A stretch of DNA of 64,000 bases from positions 21,352-85,351 of the forward strand of contig CABQSB010000009.1 in assembly GCA_902466735.1 (NCBI GenBank), given 5' to 3'. The translations under genes were made by a program, and so were the position numbers. Below, piece after piece: positions 17,195-27,594 of this stretch. The stretch's first letter is position 1. The number at the start of each line of letters is the position of its first letter. Origin of the DNA: an uncultured Collinsella sp. Its GTDB lineage: Bacteria; Actinomycetota; Coriobacteriia; Coriobacteriales; Coriobacteriaceae. Under the pieces are notes generated by a model. The model was not told where the DNA came from. It did not search any database and saw only the letters and a program-made list of their open reading frames with translations.

Positions 17195-20194
17195 CTATTT
17201 CTTAAGGAGATACGGATAGCTGTCGCGCACGGCCTTGATGGTCAGGCGGACGGCCTCGGGCAGACCGGTGTTGACGGCATCGACCGAGACGGTGCGGACC
17301 GTGCCGGCGACGCGGACCTTAAAGTGGTCCTCGTCCACGGCCAGGAAGCCCTCGTTCTCGGAGTTCTCCATGTCCTGATCGCTCCAGAACAGGGTGAGCT
17401 TGTCCTTGTAGGGACGACCCTCCTGGTAGGGGCAGAACACGGCGCAGTTGCCGCACTCGTTGCACATGCCGTCGATGTGGACGACCTGATGCTTGGCCAG
17501 GCCCGGCACCTTAATTGCCACGTTGGCGCGGTTGGGGCACACATCGCAGCAGACCTCGCACACCGAGCCGCAGCCCAGGCAGCGGGTCTTGGTGCAGTTG
17601 CGCTTGTCGCGGCACAGCGATCCCTTGCGCTCGTAGCAGGTGTCCTCGCGGCCGGCCTGCTCGTTGCAGTCGGCGTACTTGTTAAAGTCCACGCCGGCAA
17701 TGGCACGGGCGACCTCGGCGGCGTCGGCGATAGCCTCGACCACGGTAGCGGGACCGCGGCGGCAGTCACCGGCAGCCCAGACGCCCTCGACGCCGGTGGA
17801 GGTGGCGGCAAGGCGGCCGCGACGGTCGTGCTCGACGCCCGCGGCGTCGTACAGGCTGGCATCGATGCCCTCGCCCACGGCGCAGATCACCGTGGTGGCG
17901 GAAAGCTCGACGGTCTCGCCCGTGGCGACGGGGCTGCGACGGCCGCTTGCATCCGGCTCGCCAAGTTCCATGACGTCGCAGGTCAGCACGGCGCCGTTGA
18001 GCGCCTTGGGCGCCAGCAGCTCGCAGAACTCAACGCCGTCGGCAAGAGCAAGATCGAGCTCTTCCTCGTCGGCGGGCATCTGCTTCTTGGTGCGGCGATA
18101 CACCAGGCGCACGTTCTTCACGCCAGCAAGGCGCTTGGCCACGCGGGCCGCGTCCATGGCGGTGTTGCCGGCGCCGATGACCACGACGTCCTCGCCCAGC
18201 TCGAGCTTCTCGCCCTTCTTGGCGGCCTCGAGGAACTCCAGCACGTCGAGCTCGGCACCCTCGCCCAGGCCCGCAGAGCCGGGCATCCAGGCACCAGTGG
18301 CCACGACTACGTCGGTAAAGCCCTGGGCCTTGAGCTCGTCAATGGACTCCACGCGGGCGTTGAGCTGCACCTTGGCGCCAAAGGCCAGACAGAGCTCGGC
18401 ATCGTGGGAGATATCGTCGCTCGCGATACGGAACTCGGGGATCACGTGACGGACCACGCCGCCGAGAGAGTCGCGGGCCTCGAAGATAGTGACGGGCACG
18501 CCGGCGCGCGTCAGGAAGAACGCCGTCGCCAGACCGGCCGGGCCGCCGCCGATAACGGCAACGTTGCGCTCGGCGTCGTTGGCAATGGCCTGGGCGCGCA
18601 GCTTGGGCAGCACGGCGGTCATGGCCTCGCGGGCGGCCTTGAGCTTGCTGGCGCGAATCTGGGCACCCTCGGGCTCGTAGAATGCACGCTCGCAGGCACG
18701 GCCGCAGGGATGCGGGCAGATGGTACCGGTAATGAACGGCAGGGCGTTGCGCTCGATGATGATGTTGAGCGCGTCCTCGTAGCGGCCCTCGTCAACAGCC
18801 GCCAGATAGGCAGGGATATCCTGCTGGATGGGGCAGCTCGTACGGCACGGCGTGGTAAAGCAGTCGGAAAGCGGGCTCTTGCCAGCGACCTTGCGGTCGG
18901 GCAGCGGACGCAGCGGCTTCTTGTAGAGCGGGTTGGTGAGTGAGTCGGTCTGGATCGCGGTCACGGCCTCGAGAGAGACGCCCGCGAACGGCTTGCCGTC
19001 CAGATCGGTAAACTCGCCGGCCATCTGGCTAAAGCGCTCGTAGCCACCGGGCTTGAGCACGTCGGTCGCCAGGGTGACGGGCCAAATGCCGGCGTCATAC
19101 AGGGCACGGATGTTGTAGACCGTGGCACCGCCGGAGTAGCTGATGCGCAGCTTGCCATCGAACTGCTCGGTAATGCGGCGGGCGGCCTCGATGGTCAGCG
19201 AGAACAGCGAACGGCCGGACATGTACATCTCGGTGGAAGGCAGCTCGTTCCTCGTCACGTCGACGGGGAACGTGTTGGTCAGCTTGACGCCAAACTCCAG
19301 ACCGCGCTCGGCGCACAGGGCAATCAGGCGCTCGAACATGGGCACGGCATCGGCCCACTGCAGATCCTCGCGGAAGTGCGTGTCATCAAAGACGATGTAA
19401 TCAAAGCCCAGCTCGTTGAGGCGCTGGCGGGCAAACTCATAGCCCAACAGCGTGGGGTTACACTTGATGTAGGTGTTAAGGCCCTTCTCGGTGATGAGGT
19501 AGGTCGCGATGCGCTCGATCTCGGCAGGCGGGCAGCCGTGCAGGGTAGACTCGGTGATGGAGTTGGAGACGCGCGCCGGGATGGACTCGACAAACGCAGC
19601 GTCGACATGCTCAAACTTGTCCAGGTTGGCGAGTGCCCATGCGCGGCACTCGTTCCAGACGTCGGAGCCGCTGGCGTCCTTCATGCCCTCGATGTAGGCG
19701 TCGACCTTGGGGCTCTTGATGCCCTCGAGGTCATAGCCCACGGACATGTTGAAGACAAAGCCGTCCGGGCTACCCAGGCCGTACTCGCGAGCGATCAGGT
19801 GGCAGGCGAACCATGCCTTCACGTACTCGGCAAAGGCCTGCGGAACCTCGAGTTCGGTCGACCACTCGCAGTTGTAGCACTCATCCTGCGCCACAATGCA
19901 GGGTTTGTTCACACACTTGGAGAGCTCCTCGCCGTCCATAACCTGGACGGTCTTGAGCTCAAAGAAGCGGGAACCAGCAACATAGGATGCCACGATGTTC
20001 TGGGCCAGCTGCGTATTGGGGCCGGCGGCCGGGCCAAACGGGGTCTCGATGCGCTCATCAAAAATGGGAAGCGCACCCTCCTGGTTGGTCGTGACCATCT
20101 TGCGCACGCCAAAGATGGCGTCCTGGGTCTTGTGCTCCTCGATGATCCAGTTCATCAGCTGCGAAAACGGGATCGGCCTCATGATGTCGCTCAT
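17195..20194 (-). CDS. ygfK: YgfK-like large Fe-S flavoprotein (DPD/DHOD-like TIM barrel, glutamate-synthase-small-subunit-like FAD/NAD(P) domain, C-terminal 4Fe-4S); putative selenate reductase subunit YgfK family
   Basis: About 1000 aa from MSDIMRPIPF (GAGGAG RBS). GxGxxG dinucleotide motifs (VIGGGPAGLATA, VVVIGAGNTAMD). C-terminal CxxCxxCxxxCP. Position matches E. coli ygfK. Confidence 0.8.
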   Translation of the reverse strand: MSDIMRPIPFSQLMNWIIEEHKTQDAIFGVRKMVTTNQEGALPIFDERIETPFGPAAGPNTQLAQNIVASYVAGSRFFELKTVQVMDGEELSKCVNKPCIVAQDECYNCEWSTELEVPQAFAEYVKAWFACHLIAREYGLGSPDGFVFNMSVGYDLEGIKSPKVDAYIEGMKDASGSDVWNECRAWALANLDKFEHVDAAFVESIPARVSNSITESTLHGCPPAEIERIATYLITEKGLNTYIKCNPTLLGYEFARQRLNELGFDYIVFDDTHFREDLQWADAVPMFERLIALCAERGLEFGVKLTNTFPVDVTRNELPSTEMYMSGRSLFSLTIEAARRITEQFDGKLRISYSGGATVYNIRALYDAGIWPVTLATDVLKPGGYERFSQMAGEFTDLDGKPFAGVSLEAVTAIQTDSLTNPLYKKPLRPLPDRKVAGKSPLSDCFTTPCRTSCPIQQDIPAYLAAVDEGRYEDALNIIIERNALPFITGTICPHPCGRACERAFYEPEGAQIRASKLKAAREAMTAVLPKLRAQAIANDAERNVAVIGGGPAGLATAFFLTRAGVPVTIFEARDSLGGVVRHVIPEFRIASDDISHDAELCLAFGAKVQLNARVESIDELKAQGFTDVVVATGAWMPGSAGLGEGAELDVLEFLEAAKKGEKLELGEDVVVIGAGNTAMDAARVAKRLAGVKNVRLVYRRTKKQMPADEEELDLALADGVEFCELLAPKALNGAVLTCDVMELGEPDASGRRSPVATGETVELSATTVICAVGEGIDASLYDAAGVEHDRRGRLAATSTGVEGVWAAGDCRRGPATVVEAIADAAEVARAIAGVDFNKYADCNEQAGREDTCYERKGSLCRDKRNCTKTRCLGCGSVCEVCCDVCPNRANVAIKVPGLAKHQVVHIDGMCNECGNCAVFCPYQEGRPYKDKLTLFWSDQDMENSENEGFLAVDEDHFKVRVAGTVRTVSVDAVNTGLPEAVRLTIKAVRDSYPYLLKK

Positions 20195-20343
20195 AGTGAG
20201 CTCCTCTCTGTAACGCCCGGCGAGACCGCGCGGCGGGCGCAAATACGGTGTAGCGCTAGCACAGCGCCGGCGACCCCGCGGAGGTCGCCTATGCGCGCGT
20301 CGTATGCGGCGAAACATCCGACGCGCGCGAATCTACTTGTGAA

Positions 20344-21699
20344 TTAGTAGGTGCGACCGTTGAGCGTGCTCCAGAGCTTCTTGGACTCAGCCATGGTCCA
20401 CGCGTTGATCTTGTCCTCATCGATGCCAACGAACTCGCGATCCTTGTACAGGACGCGGCCGTTGATGATGGTGGTGCGGCAGTTTTTGCCCATCATGCCA
20501 AAGAGCATGTGGCCGTCGATATTCTCCTCGCTCAGCGGCGTAAAGGGCTTGTAGTCCATGACGATGACGTCGGCGGCAGCGCCGGCCTCGAGCACACCGA
20601 GCTTGCGATCGAAGTACTTGCTCGCCATCTTGGCGTTGTTCTCGAACAGCATGGTCATGGCCTCGCACCAGCCCACGTTGGGCATGGCGGCGTTGTGGCG
20701 CTGAATGATCAGGAAGACCTTAAGGCTCTCGAGCATATCGTGGGTGTAGGCGTCGGTGCCCATGCACACGGGGATGCCGCGGCGGAAGAACTCGAGCACG
20801 GGGGCACAGCCCACGGCGTTGCCCATATTGGATTCGGGGTTGTTGACGAGCCAGGTACCGGACTCCTTGACGATATCCATCTCGGCAGGCGTCACGTGGA
20901 TGCAGTGGCCCAGCATGGTATCGGGACCCAGCAGGTTGTGCTGCAGCAGGCGCTCGACGGGGCTGATGCCGCCGCGGTTGAGACGGGAGTCCCACACGTC
21001 ATTCATGCCCTCGCACACATGGATGTGGAAGCCGGTCAGGCCGTTGTTGGCCTCGGCCATCTTGTCCATGGTCTCGTCCGAAAGCGTGAAGGTGGCATGC
21101 CCGCCAAACATGGCGGCGATCATGTGGTTGTCGTTATCGCGACGCTCCTTGGCGGCCCACTGGGCAAACTCGGCGTTCTCGGCAATGGCCTGGTCGCACT
21201 TTTCCTGGCCGCGGCGGTCGGAGACCTCGTAGCACAGGCACGAACGCATGCCCAACTCCTGAGCGGCGTCCTTAATGGTAAAGAGGCTCCCCGGAATCTC
21301 GCAGAAGCTCGCGTGGTGATCGAAGATCGTGGTGACGCCATCGCGGATGGAGTCAAGAATCGTGGCATAGGCGCTGGCCTTGGTGCCGTCGAGCGTCAGG
21401 TTGTCGTCGATCTTCCACCACTGCTGCTCAAGATTCTCCAGGAAGTTGGTGGGGTTGCAGCCCTTAATGGCAAGGCCGCGGGCCAGACCCGAGTAGATGT
21501 GGGTGTGGCAGTTAATGAGTCCGGGCATGATGAGGTTGCCCTGGGCGTCGACGTACTCGGCATCCGGGTACTTGACCTTGAGCTCGCACTCGGGGCCCAC
21601 TTCGACGATCGTATCTCCGTCAATGGCGACCGCACCGTTGGGGATGAACGGGGTCTGAGCGTTGCGAGTAAAGACGGAACCGTTAGCGACCAGAAGCAT
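20344..21699 (-). CDS. ssnA: SsnA-like amidohydrolase (chlorohydrolase / aminohydrolase family)
   Basis: Start trimmed to MLLVANGSV (AAGGGAG RBS). HxH metal motif (LINCHTHIY). About 451 aa. Lies next to ygfK as in E. coli. Confidence 0.8.
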   Translation of the reverse strand: MLLVANGSVFTRNAQTPFIPNGAVAIDGDTIVEVGPECELKVKYPDAEYVDAQGNLIMPGLINCHTHIYSGLARGLAIKGCNPTNFLENLEQQWWKIDDNLTLDGTKASAYATILDSIRDGVTTIFDHHASFCEIPGSLFTIKDAAQELGMRSCLCYEVSDRRGQEKCDQAIAENAEFAQWAAKERRDNDNHMIAAMFGGHATFTLSDETMDKMAEANNGLTGFHIHVCEGMNDVWDSRLNRGGISPVERLLQHNLLGPDTMLGHCIHVTPAEMDIVKESGTWLVNNPESNMGNAVGCAPVLEFFRRGIPVCMGTDAYTHDMLESLKVFLIIQRHNAAMPNVGWCEAMTMLFENNAKMASKYFDRKLGVLEAGAAADVIVMDYKPFTPLSEENIDGHMLFGMMGKNCRTTIINGRVLYKDREFVGIDEDKINAWTMAESKKLWSTLNGRTY

Positions 21700-21895
21700 G
21701 AATGCTCCCTTCAACATCAGGGGCGGGGTTTGACACCTCTGACATAGCGGAAGTGCGAAGCGCCGGCCTACACCGGAAACGGGCCCTCTCCCGTCAACGC
21801 TTCACCAAAGGGACGAACCCTTTGAAGTGCGGCTTGGCGCCGCATGACGTCGGCGGACGAGGCGATGCGTCCGCCGACGAATAGCACCGAATTGG

Positions 21896-23290
21896 TTACT
21901 TCTTGCTCTCGGGCAAGACCAGATCAACGGCAGCGTCCTTGGCAGCATCGATGTGCTGAGCCACGACCGGCGTCTGCGGAAGGATCAGGTTAAGGACAAT
22001 GGCCATGATGGCGGTGGGGGTTACGGCATTGGAGCCGATGACGGTGGACACCCAGGCGGGCATACCCTCGCCGGCAAGGCAACCGCTGGCCATCCAGATA
22101 CCCAGGCCAAAGACGACGGAGGTACCGACGATGGTGGTAGTGCGCTGCGTGAGGCCCTCGCGGGTGAACATGCGCACGCCGTTCATGGTGATGGTGCCAA
22201 AGACGCCGACGGTCGCGCCGCCGATGACGGGCTGCGGGATAGCGGAAAGGACGGCAGAGAGCTGCGGGAACAGACCGGCGATGGCAAAGACGGCCGCAAT
22301 GATCACAAAGACCCACTTGTTGACGACCTTGTTGGAGCAGATGATGCCCACGTTCTGGCCAAGGGCGCTGGTGGGAAGACCGCCCAGCAGGCCGCCGACC
22401 ATAGAGGTGAGGCCCTGGGACACGATAGCGCCGGAGAGCTCGCGCTCGGTGGGCATACGGTCGATGGAGCCCAGGCAGGCGGCGGAGACGTCGCCGATAA
22501 CCTGGATGGCAACCATGGGGAACACGACGGCGAGGGTAATGCAGACCTCGGGATCAAACTCAAGCGCGTAGGGCATGAGCTTGGGAAGGGCGAAGACCTG
22601 AGCGGTGGCGACGCTGGAGAAGTCGATCATGCCAAAGGGGATCGAAACGATCATGCCAACGATCATGCCAAAGAACACGGAGCCCAGCTTGAGCGTGCCC
22701 TTGCCAAAGTTGGCGAGCGCAAAGACCACGGCGAAGGTGATAAGAGCGACGCACCAGGCCTGCGGGGTGCCCCACAGCGGCGTGCCCATGCCACCGGCCA
22801 TGTACTTGACGGCCGTGGGATAGAGAGAGACGCCAATGGAGAAGATGACCGTACCGGTCACGACGGGCGGGAACAGCCACTTAATCTTGCTGTAGGCCAG
22901 ACCAAAGAGGACCGCAACGGCGCCGCCGACGATCTCGCCGCCCAGCAGCGCACCAAAGCTAAAGCCCGAGGCGCCCATGGCCTGCAGGGCCGGCAGGAAC
23001 GCGAACGAAACGCCCATGACGATGGGCAGGCCGCCGCCGATGCGACGGAAGGGAGCGAAGGCCTGAAGGGCCGTGTCGATCGCCGAAAGAATGAGCGCGA
23101 CCTGGATGATGTCGGTGCTCTGCTGGCTATTAAAGCCGTAGACGCCGGCCATGATGACAGCCGGGGTGATGATGCCGGCAAACGATGCCAGTACGTGCTG
23201 AAGGGCACACGGGATCATTTCCTTAACGGGAGGCATGCCTTCACGAGTGAACAGGGCTTCAGTGCCGTTCTTAACCGTCTCCTGGGTCAT
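21896..23290 (-). CDS. nucleobase:cation symporter-2 (NCS2) family permease (xanthine/uric acid permease type)
   Basis: About 464 aa and highly hydrophobic. NCS2 signature region (...GGATVGVFG...). First gene of the ssnA-ygfK-xdhD operon. Confidence 0.8.
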   Translation of the reverse strand: MTQETVKNGTEALFTREGMPPVKEMIPCALQHVLASFAGIITPAVIMAGVYGFNSQQSTDIIQVALILSAIDTALQAFAPFRRIGGGLPIVMGVSFAFLPALQAMGASGFSFGALLGGEIVGGAVAVLFGLAYSKIKWLFPPVVTGTVIFSIGVSLYPTAVKYMAGGMGTPLWGTPQAWCVALITFAVVFALANFGKGTLKLGSVFFGMIVGMIVSIPFGMIDFSSVATAQVFALPKLMPYALEFDPEVCITLAVVFPMVAIQVIGDVSAACLGSIDRMPTERELSGAIVSQGLTSMVGGLLGGLPTSALGQNVGIICSNKVVNKWVFVIIAAVFAIAGLFPQLSAVLSAIPQPVIGGATVGVFGTITMNGVRMFTREGLTQRTTTIVGTSVVFGLGIWMASGCLAGEGMPAWVSTVIGSNAVTPTAIMAIVLNLILPQTPVVAQHIDAAKDAAVDLVLPESKK

Positions 23291-23642
23291 TTGACCACCA
23301 ATCCTCGAAATAGTTGTTTTCGCATCTAACGCTCTATTGTGACGCAGTGCGGGGTTGAGGTTGTGCCTTCGTTGCATATCGTATTAAAGATTTTTCTCAT
23401 TCTCAATAATAATTTTTTGTTATCAGACTGTTCTTGAGCTGGGATTATGCATTTCCGCAGGTCAGGAAAGTGCCTGGTCAAAATAACATCTAACTTTTCT
23501 TTTGGTCGACCGTTTACCGCCAAATTCCTACCGCTCGTCCGTATTACGCAATGTACCTGCGAATATGCGAGGCAATAGACACCGTGTTACCATGAGAAAA
23601 AATTGTTATGAACATTTCCGATTTCACCCCAAGGAGTTGCCT

Positions 23643-24299
23643 GTGAACGAGACCGTACGTCGCTTTTTGCCGATGGTCGATTTCCTTGAGCAGATACTCG
23701 GCAAAAACAGCGAAATCGTGCTGCACGATTTCTCGGATCCCGACCATGCCATCGTCGATATTCGCAACGGCATCGTGAGCGGCCGCAAGGTCGGCGGTCC
23801 CGCCACCGATCTGGCGCTCAAGATCATGCACGACGCCAAGTATCGCGACCTGCCGTTTATTACGGGCTACGAGGGGCGCGGCGCCGGTGGCAAGACGCTG
23901 GAGTCAGCGACGTACTTTATCCGCGAGGATGACGAGATCGTCGGTATGCTCTGCGTCAACACCGACCTCTCGACCGTACGCTCCATCAACGCCATGGCGC
24001 AGCAGCTCATGGCGTGCTTCGACGCAGCGCCGACGCGCACGGAGCCCGCCCCTATCGAGGTCGAAAGCCTTTCGGAGTCCACCCAGGAGCTCATCGACCG
24101 CAGCATTGCCGAGTTGCTGAGCGCGCGCGGGCTGGATGTAGCGTCGCTTGGTCAGAGCGACCGCGTGGACGTCATTCGCCACCTCAACGGCAACGGGGTG
24201 TTCATGCTCAAGGGCGCCGTGGCCTGCGCCGCCACCGCGCTGGGCATCTCGGAGCCCAGCGTGTACCGCTACCTGCAAAAAGTCCGCAAGGAGGGCTAA
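23643..24299 (+). CDS. YheO-like PAS-domain transcriptional regulator, second paralog
   Basis: GTG start after AAGGAG. 218 aa. Same conserved blocks as the 6880 gene (EIVLHDFSD...IRNGIVSGRKVGGPATD). Divergent from the permease operon. Confidence 0.7.
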   Translation: MNETVRRFLPMVDFLEQILGKNSEIVLHDFSDPDHAIVDIRNGIVSGRKVGGPATDLALKIMHDAKYRDLPFITGYEGRGAGGKTLESATYFIREDDEIVGMLCVNTDLSTVRSINAMAQQLMACFDAAPTRTEPAPIEVESLSESTQELIDRSIAELLSARGLDVASLGQSDRVDVIRHLNGNGVFMLKGAVACAATALGISEPSVYRYLQKVRKEG

Positions 24300-24337
24300 C
24301 GAGCAAAATGGAGCGCGGCTCCACAAGCGATTCGTCA

Positions 24338-24378
24338 CCTGACAAAAGACCCTGCAGCTCGCACTGCAGGGTCTTTTT
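24338..24378. terminator. bidirectional intrinsic terminator (GACCCTGCAG / CTGCAGGGTC stem, A-run upstream, T-run downstream) between convergent yheO-like and ridA
   Basis: Perfect 10-bp stem flanked by CAAAA and TTTTTGC, read directly. Confidence 0.7.
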
Positions 24379-24407
24379 GCATGTCATGTTTAGTTGTGGC
24401 CAACGCC

Positions 24408-24785
24408 TTAGAGAGCGGCGACGACCTCGATCTCGACCAGACCGCCAGCCGGAAGAGCGGCAACCTGGAAAGCGCTGCGCGCGGGGAACGGGGCCTCGAA
24501 CTTGGAGGCGTAGATCTCGTTCACGGCGGCAAAGTCGGCGATGTCGGCCAGGTAGACCGTGGTCTTGACGACATCGGCAAACGTGGCGCCGGCAGCGGTC
24601 AGCAGAGCCTCGACGTTGGCGAGGGACTGCTTGGCCTGGGCCTCGACACCCTCGGGCAGCTTGCCGGTCGCGGGATCGATGCCCAGCTGGCCGGACAGGA
24701 ACACCATGTTGCCAGTCTGGATACCGGGGGAATACGGGCCGATGGCTGCGGGTGCGTTATCGGAAGACACGACGGTCTTGCTCAT
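24408..24785 (-). CDS. ridA: RidA (YjgF/TdcF) family reactive-enamine/imine deaminase
   Basis: Start trimmed to MSKTVVSSDNAPAAIGPYS (AAGGAG RBS). 125 aa. RidA pattern (PAAIGPYS...LGIDPATG...PARSAFQVAALP). Confidence 0.85.
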   Translation of the reverse strand: MSKTVVSSDNAPAAIGPYSPGIQTGNMVFLSGQLGIDPATGKLPEGVEAQAKQSLANVEALLTAAGATFADVVKTTVYLADIADFAAVNEIYASKFEAPFPARSAFQVAALPAGGLVEIEVVAAL

Positions 24786-25083
24786 GTTTTTCTCCTTACA
24801 AGTAAAAGGGAACGGGAGCGCGGCGTTCACACCGGGAGGCACAGTTCGGTCTGAACACCGCGCTTGATTGGGATAGTACTCAAGGTTTCCGCGCGATGCA
24901 AGATTATTATCACGCTGCGAGAATATTTTATCGCCCAACGGTTTCCCCGGACCGCTGAACGGTTCTCATGTGGAGCAGCCAGTCCAAGCTGCTGAAGACT
25001 TTATCCCGCTTAGAGCACGGGCATCGCCTGCCGCGACGGCACCACTATACTTTTGAGTATCTGAGCATTTTGAAAGGCAGGAT

Positions 25084-27579
25084 ATGACCGCAACCGCCAG
25101 TCGAACCACCAACCGCAGACCCGAGCTTTTGGCGCCCGCCGGAGGGCCCGAGCCCTTTGCTGCCGCACTCGCCGCCGGGGCAGACGCCATCTACTGCGGC
25201 ATGGGCAGCTTCAACGCACGCCGCAAGGCCACCAACTTTACCGACGAGGCCTTTGAGCAGGCCTGCCGCGCCGCGCATCTAGCCGGCTCGCGCGTCTACG
25301 TCACGGTCAACATCGTCATCAAGCAGTCCGAGATGAGCGATGCGCTGCAGCTCATCCACCGCTGCTCCACGCTGGGCGCCGACGCCTTCATCATCCAGGA
25401 CTGGGGCCTGTTCTTTGAGGTCAAGCGCACCATGCCCGGCATCGAGACGCATATCTCGACCCAGGCGAACATCCACGACGACCGCGGAACCCTTTGGTGC
25501 CGCGAGCAGGGCGCCGACCGCGTGACCCTCTCGCGCGAGCTTTCCATCGACGAGATTGCCGCCATTCACGATGCCGCGCCCGATGTGGACCTTGAGGTCT
25601 TTAGCCATGGCGCCATCTGCTTTTGCTACTCTGGCCTGTGTCTGCTTTCGAGCTTTGCCATGGCGGGCCGCTCGGCCAACCGCGGCATGTGCGCTCAACC
25701 CTGTCGCCTGCCTTACGAGCTGATCGACGAGAACGGCCGCTCGCTCTCCCCTGCCGGTCGCGAGCGCGCGCTGTGCCCACGTGACACCAACACCTCACAA
25801 CTTGTTCGCCGCCTGTATGACGCCGGCGCTGCGTCGCTCAAGCTCGAGGGCCGCATGAAGGCGCCCGATTACGTGTATTCCATCGTCGACGTGTATCGTC
25901 ATCAGATTGATGACATGCTGGCCGGAACCACCGTTGCCAAGGACGAGAAAGCCGCCCGCCAGCGCCAGCTCAAGCGCTGCTTTAACCGCGACTTTACGCA
26001 CGCCTATCAGGACGGCACCTCGGGCGACGAGATGATGAGCTATGAGCGTTCCAACAACCGCGGCCAGATCGTGGGCACGGTGCTGGGCAGCCGCCCGGCC
26101 AACCGCGATGTGCGCGGCCTCAAGCCCGACGACCGCCGTCGCCGCGCCGCCATCGCCCGCATTGAGCTGTTTGAGCCCGTGGGCAAGGGCGATCTGTTGG
26201 AGCTTCGCCACGATGATGAGTTCGATCAGTTCCTAACCACTATCGCTGCCGATGATGCCGCCGCCGGTGACATCATCGAGTGCCGCGTGCCCCGTAGCAT
26301 GCCCGAGGGCTGCCGCGTCCGCGTGATTCGCAGCCAGCGTGCCATCGACGCCGCCGGCGCCGCGCTCAAGCGCGATGTGCTGCGCCGCCGCGCTGTTGAT
26401 GTGTCCGTCGTGGCGCGCCTGGGCAAGCCGTTTACTGTCACACTCACCTGCTGTGACAACCCCGCGCTCACCGCCACCGCCACGGACTTCACCGTCGAGG
26501 CCGCCAAGACCCGCGCCGTCGAGGCAGCAGACCTGGTTGAGCATGTGGGCCGCATGGGCTCCTCGCCCTTTGAGGCAGCGAGCTTTGACGTGGCCCTCGA
26601 CGAGAGTTGCGGCATGGGCTTTTCCGCCGTGCACAAGGTGCGCGCCGCCGCTTGTAAGGCGCTGGAAGAGGCCATTCTGGCACCGTACGAGGAGCGCGCC
26701 CGCACGCTCGAGCTACCGGCGATTGTCACCAATGATTCCCGCCCCGCGCCCGAGCACTACCGCGATGAGCCGCAGATCTGCGCTACCGTCACCTCGCTCG
26801 AGGCCGCCGAGGCCGCTCGCGCGGAGGGTGCAACGCGCATCTACATGACCACTGACGCGCTCGATGCGGCCAAGCTCTCCCCCGCCGATACGTTTGAGCA
26901 GGGCATCGTACCCGTGCTCGATGAGGTCTGCCGCGCCGTTGACCACGTCCGCGTTGACCCATGGGTTGTTGCCGGCGCCACGGTCGCTATTGGCAACATC
27001 TCTGAGCTTGCCCTGGCCGCCCAGGTTGGCGCCACGGCCGAGATTCGATCCTGCCTGCCCGTGCACAATGCGCCCTGCATGGAGGCACTCGCCGAACGCG
27101 GAGCCGGCGCGTTTTGGCTCTCGCCCGAGATCACGCTCGACGAGATTGTCTCGCTCGGCGCCGCCGCGCCCGCGGCTCTGGGCATCACCGTCTTTGGCCG
27201 CCCGCGCGTCATGACAAGCGAGCATTGCATTCTGCAGGTTGCCAACGGCTGCATCCACGATTGCGCCAACTGCCGCCTGCGTGCCCGCAAGCTCTCGCTC
27301 AAGAATATCGACGGAAAGGTCATGCCCGTCCGCACCGACATCCACGGCCGCTCTCGCCTGTACGACGCCTACCCCATCGACCTCACACCGCAGGTTCCAC
27401 AGCTGCTCGACGTCGGCGTGCGCCGTCTCATGGTGGACGGAACGCTGCTCGAGACGGATGAGGTGGGCCGTGCCGTCGCCCGCGTCCGTCGCGCCGTCGA
27501 GGCCGCGCAGGCCGGTCGCAAGCCCGCCGCCCGCCTACGCGGGGCGACCTCGGGCTGCATGTTTGTCGGAATCAGCTAA
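25084..27579 (+). CDS. peptidase U32 family protein (collagenase-like) with long C-terminal extension
   Basis: 831 aa. N-terminus PELLAPAGGPEPFAAALAAGADAIYCG and the cysteine-rich region (CYSGLCLLS...CAQPCR) are typical of U32/RlhA-type proteins. Confidence 0.75.
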   Translation: MTATASRTTNRRPELLAPAGGPEPFAAALAAGADAIYCGMGSFNARRKATNFTDEAFEQACRAAHLAGSRVYVTVNIVIKQSEMSDALQLIHRCSTLGADAFIIQDWGLFFEVKRTMPGIETHISTQANIHDDRGTLWCREQGADRVTLSRELSIDEIAAIHDAAPDVDLEVFSHGAICFCYSGLCLLSSFAMAGRSANRGMCAQPCRLPYELIDENGRSLSPAGRERALCPRDTNTSQLVRRLYDAGAASLKLEGRMKAPDYVYSIVDVYRHQIDDMLAGTTVAKDEKAARQRQLKRCFNRDFTHAYQDGTSGDEMMSYERSNNRGQIVGTVLGSRPANRDVRGLKPDDRRRRAAIARIELFEPVGKGDLLELRHDDEFDQFLTTIAADDAAAGDIIECRVPRSMPEGCRVRVIRSQRAIDAAGAALKRDVLRRRAVDVSVVARLGKPFTVTLTCCDNPALTATATDFTVEAAKTRAVEAADLVEHVGRMGSSPFEAASFDVALDESCGMGFSAVHKVRAAACKALEEAILAPYEERARTLELPAIVTNDSRPAPEHYRDEPQICATVTSLEAAEAARAEGATRIYMTTDALDAAKLSPADTFEQGIVPVLDEVCRAVDHVRVDPWVVAGATVAIGNISELALAAQVGATAEIRSCLPVHNAPCMEALAERGAGAFWLSPEITLDEIVSLGAAAPAALGITVFGRPRVMTSEHCILQVANGCIHDCANCRLRARKLSLKNIDGKVMPVRTDIHGRSRLYDAYPIDLTPQVPQLLDVGVRRLMVDGTLLETDEVGRAVARVRRAVEAAQAGRKPAARLRGATSGCMFVGIS

Positions 27580-27594
27580 CTGAAAGGCTTACAC

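Noticed and set aside
23291-23642. Purine riboswitch in the roughly 350-nt leader of the NCS2 permease operon
   Set aside because: The minus-strand leader was read out and compared with the purine-riboswitch core (UAUA...GGGA..UUUCUACC..CCGUAAAU). No match. The leader is AT-rich but unassigned.
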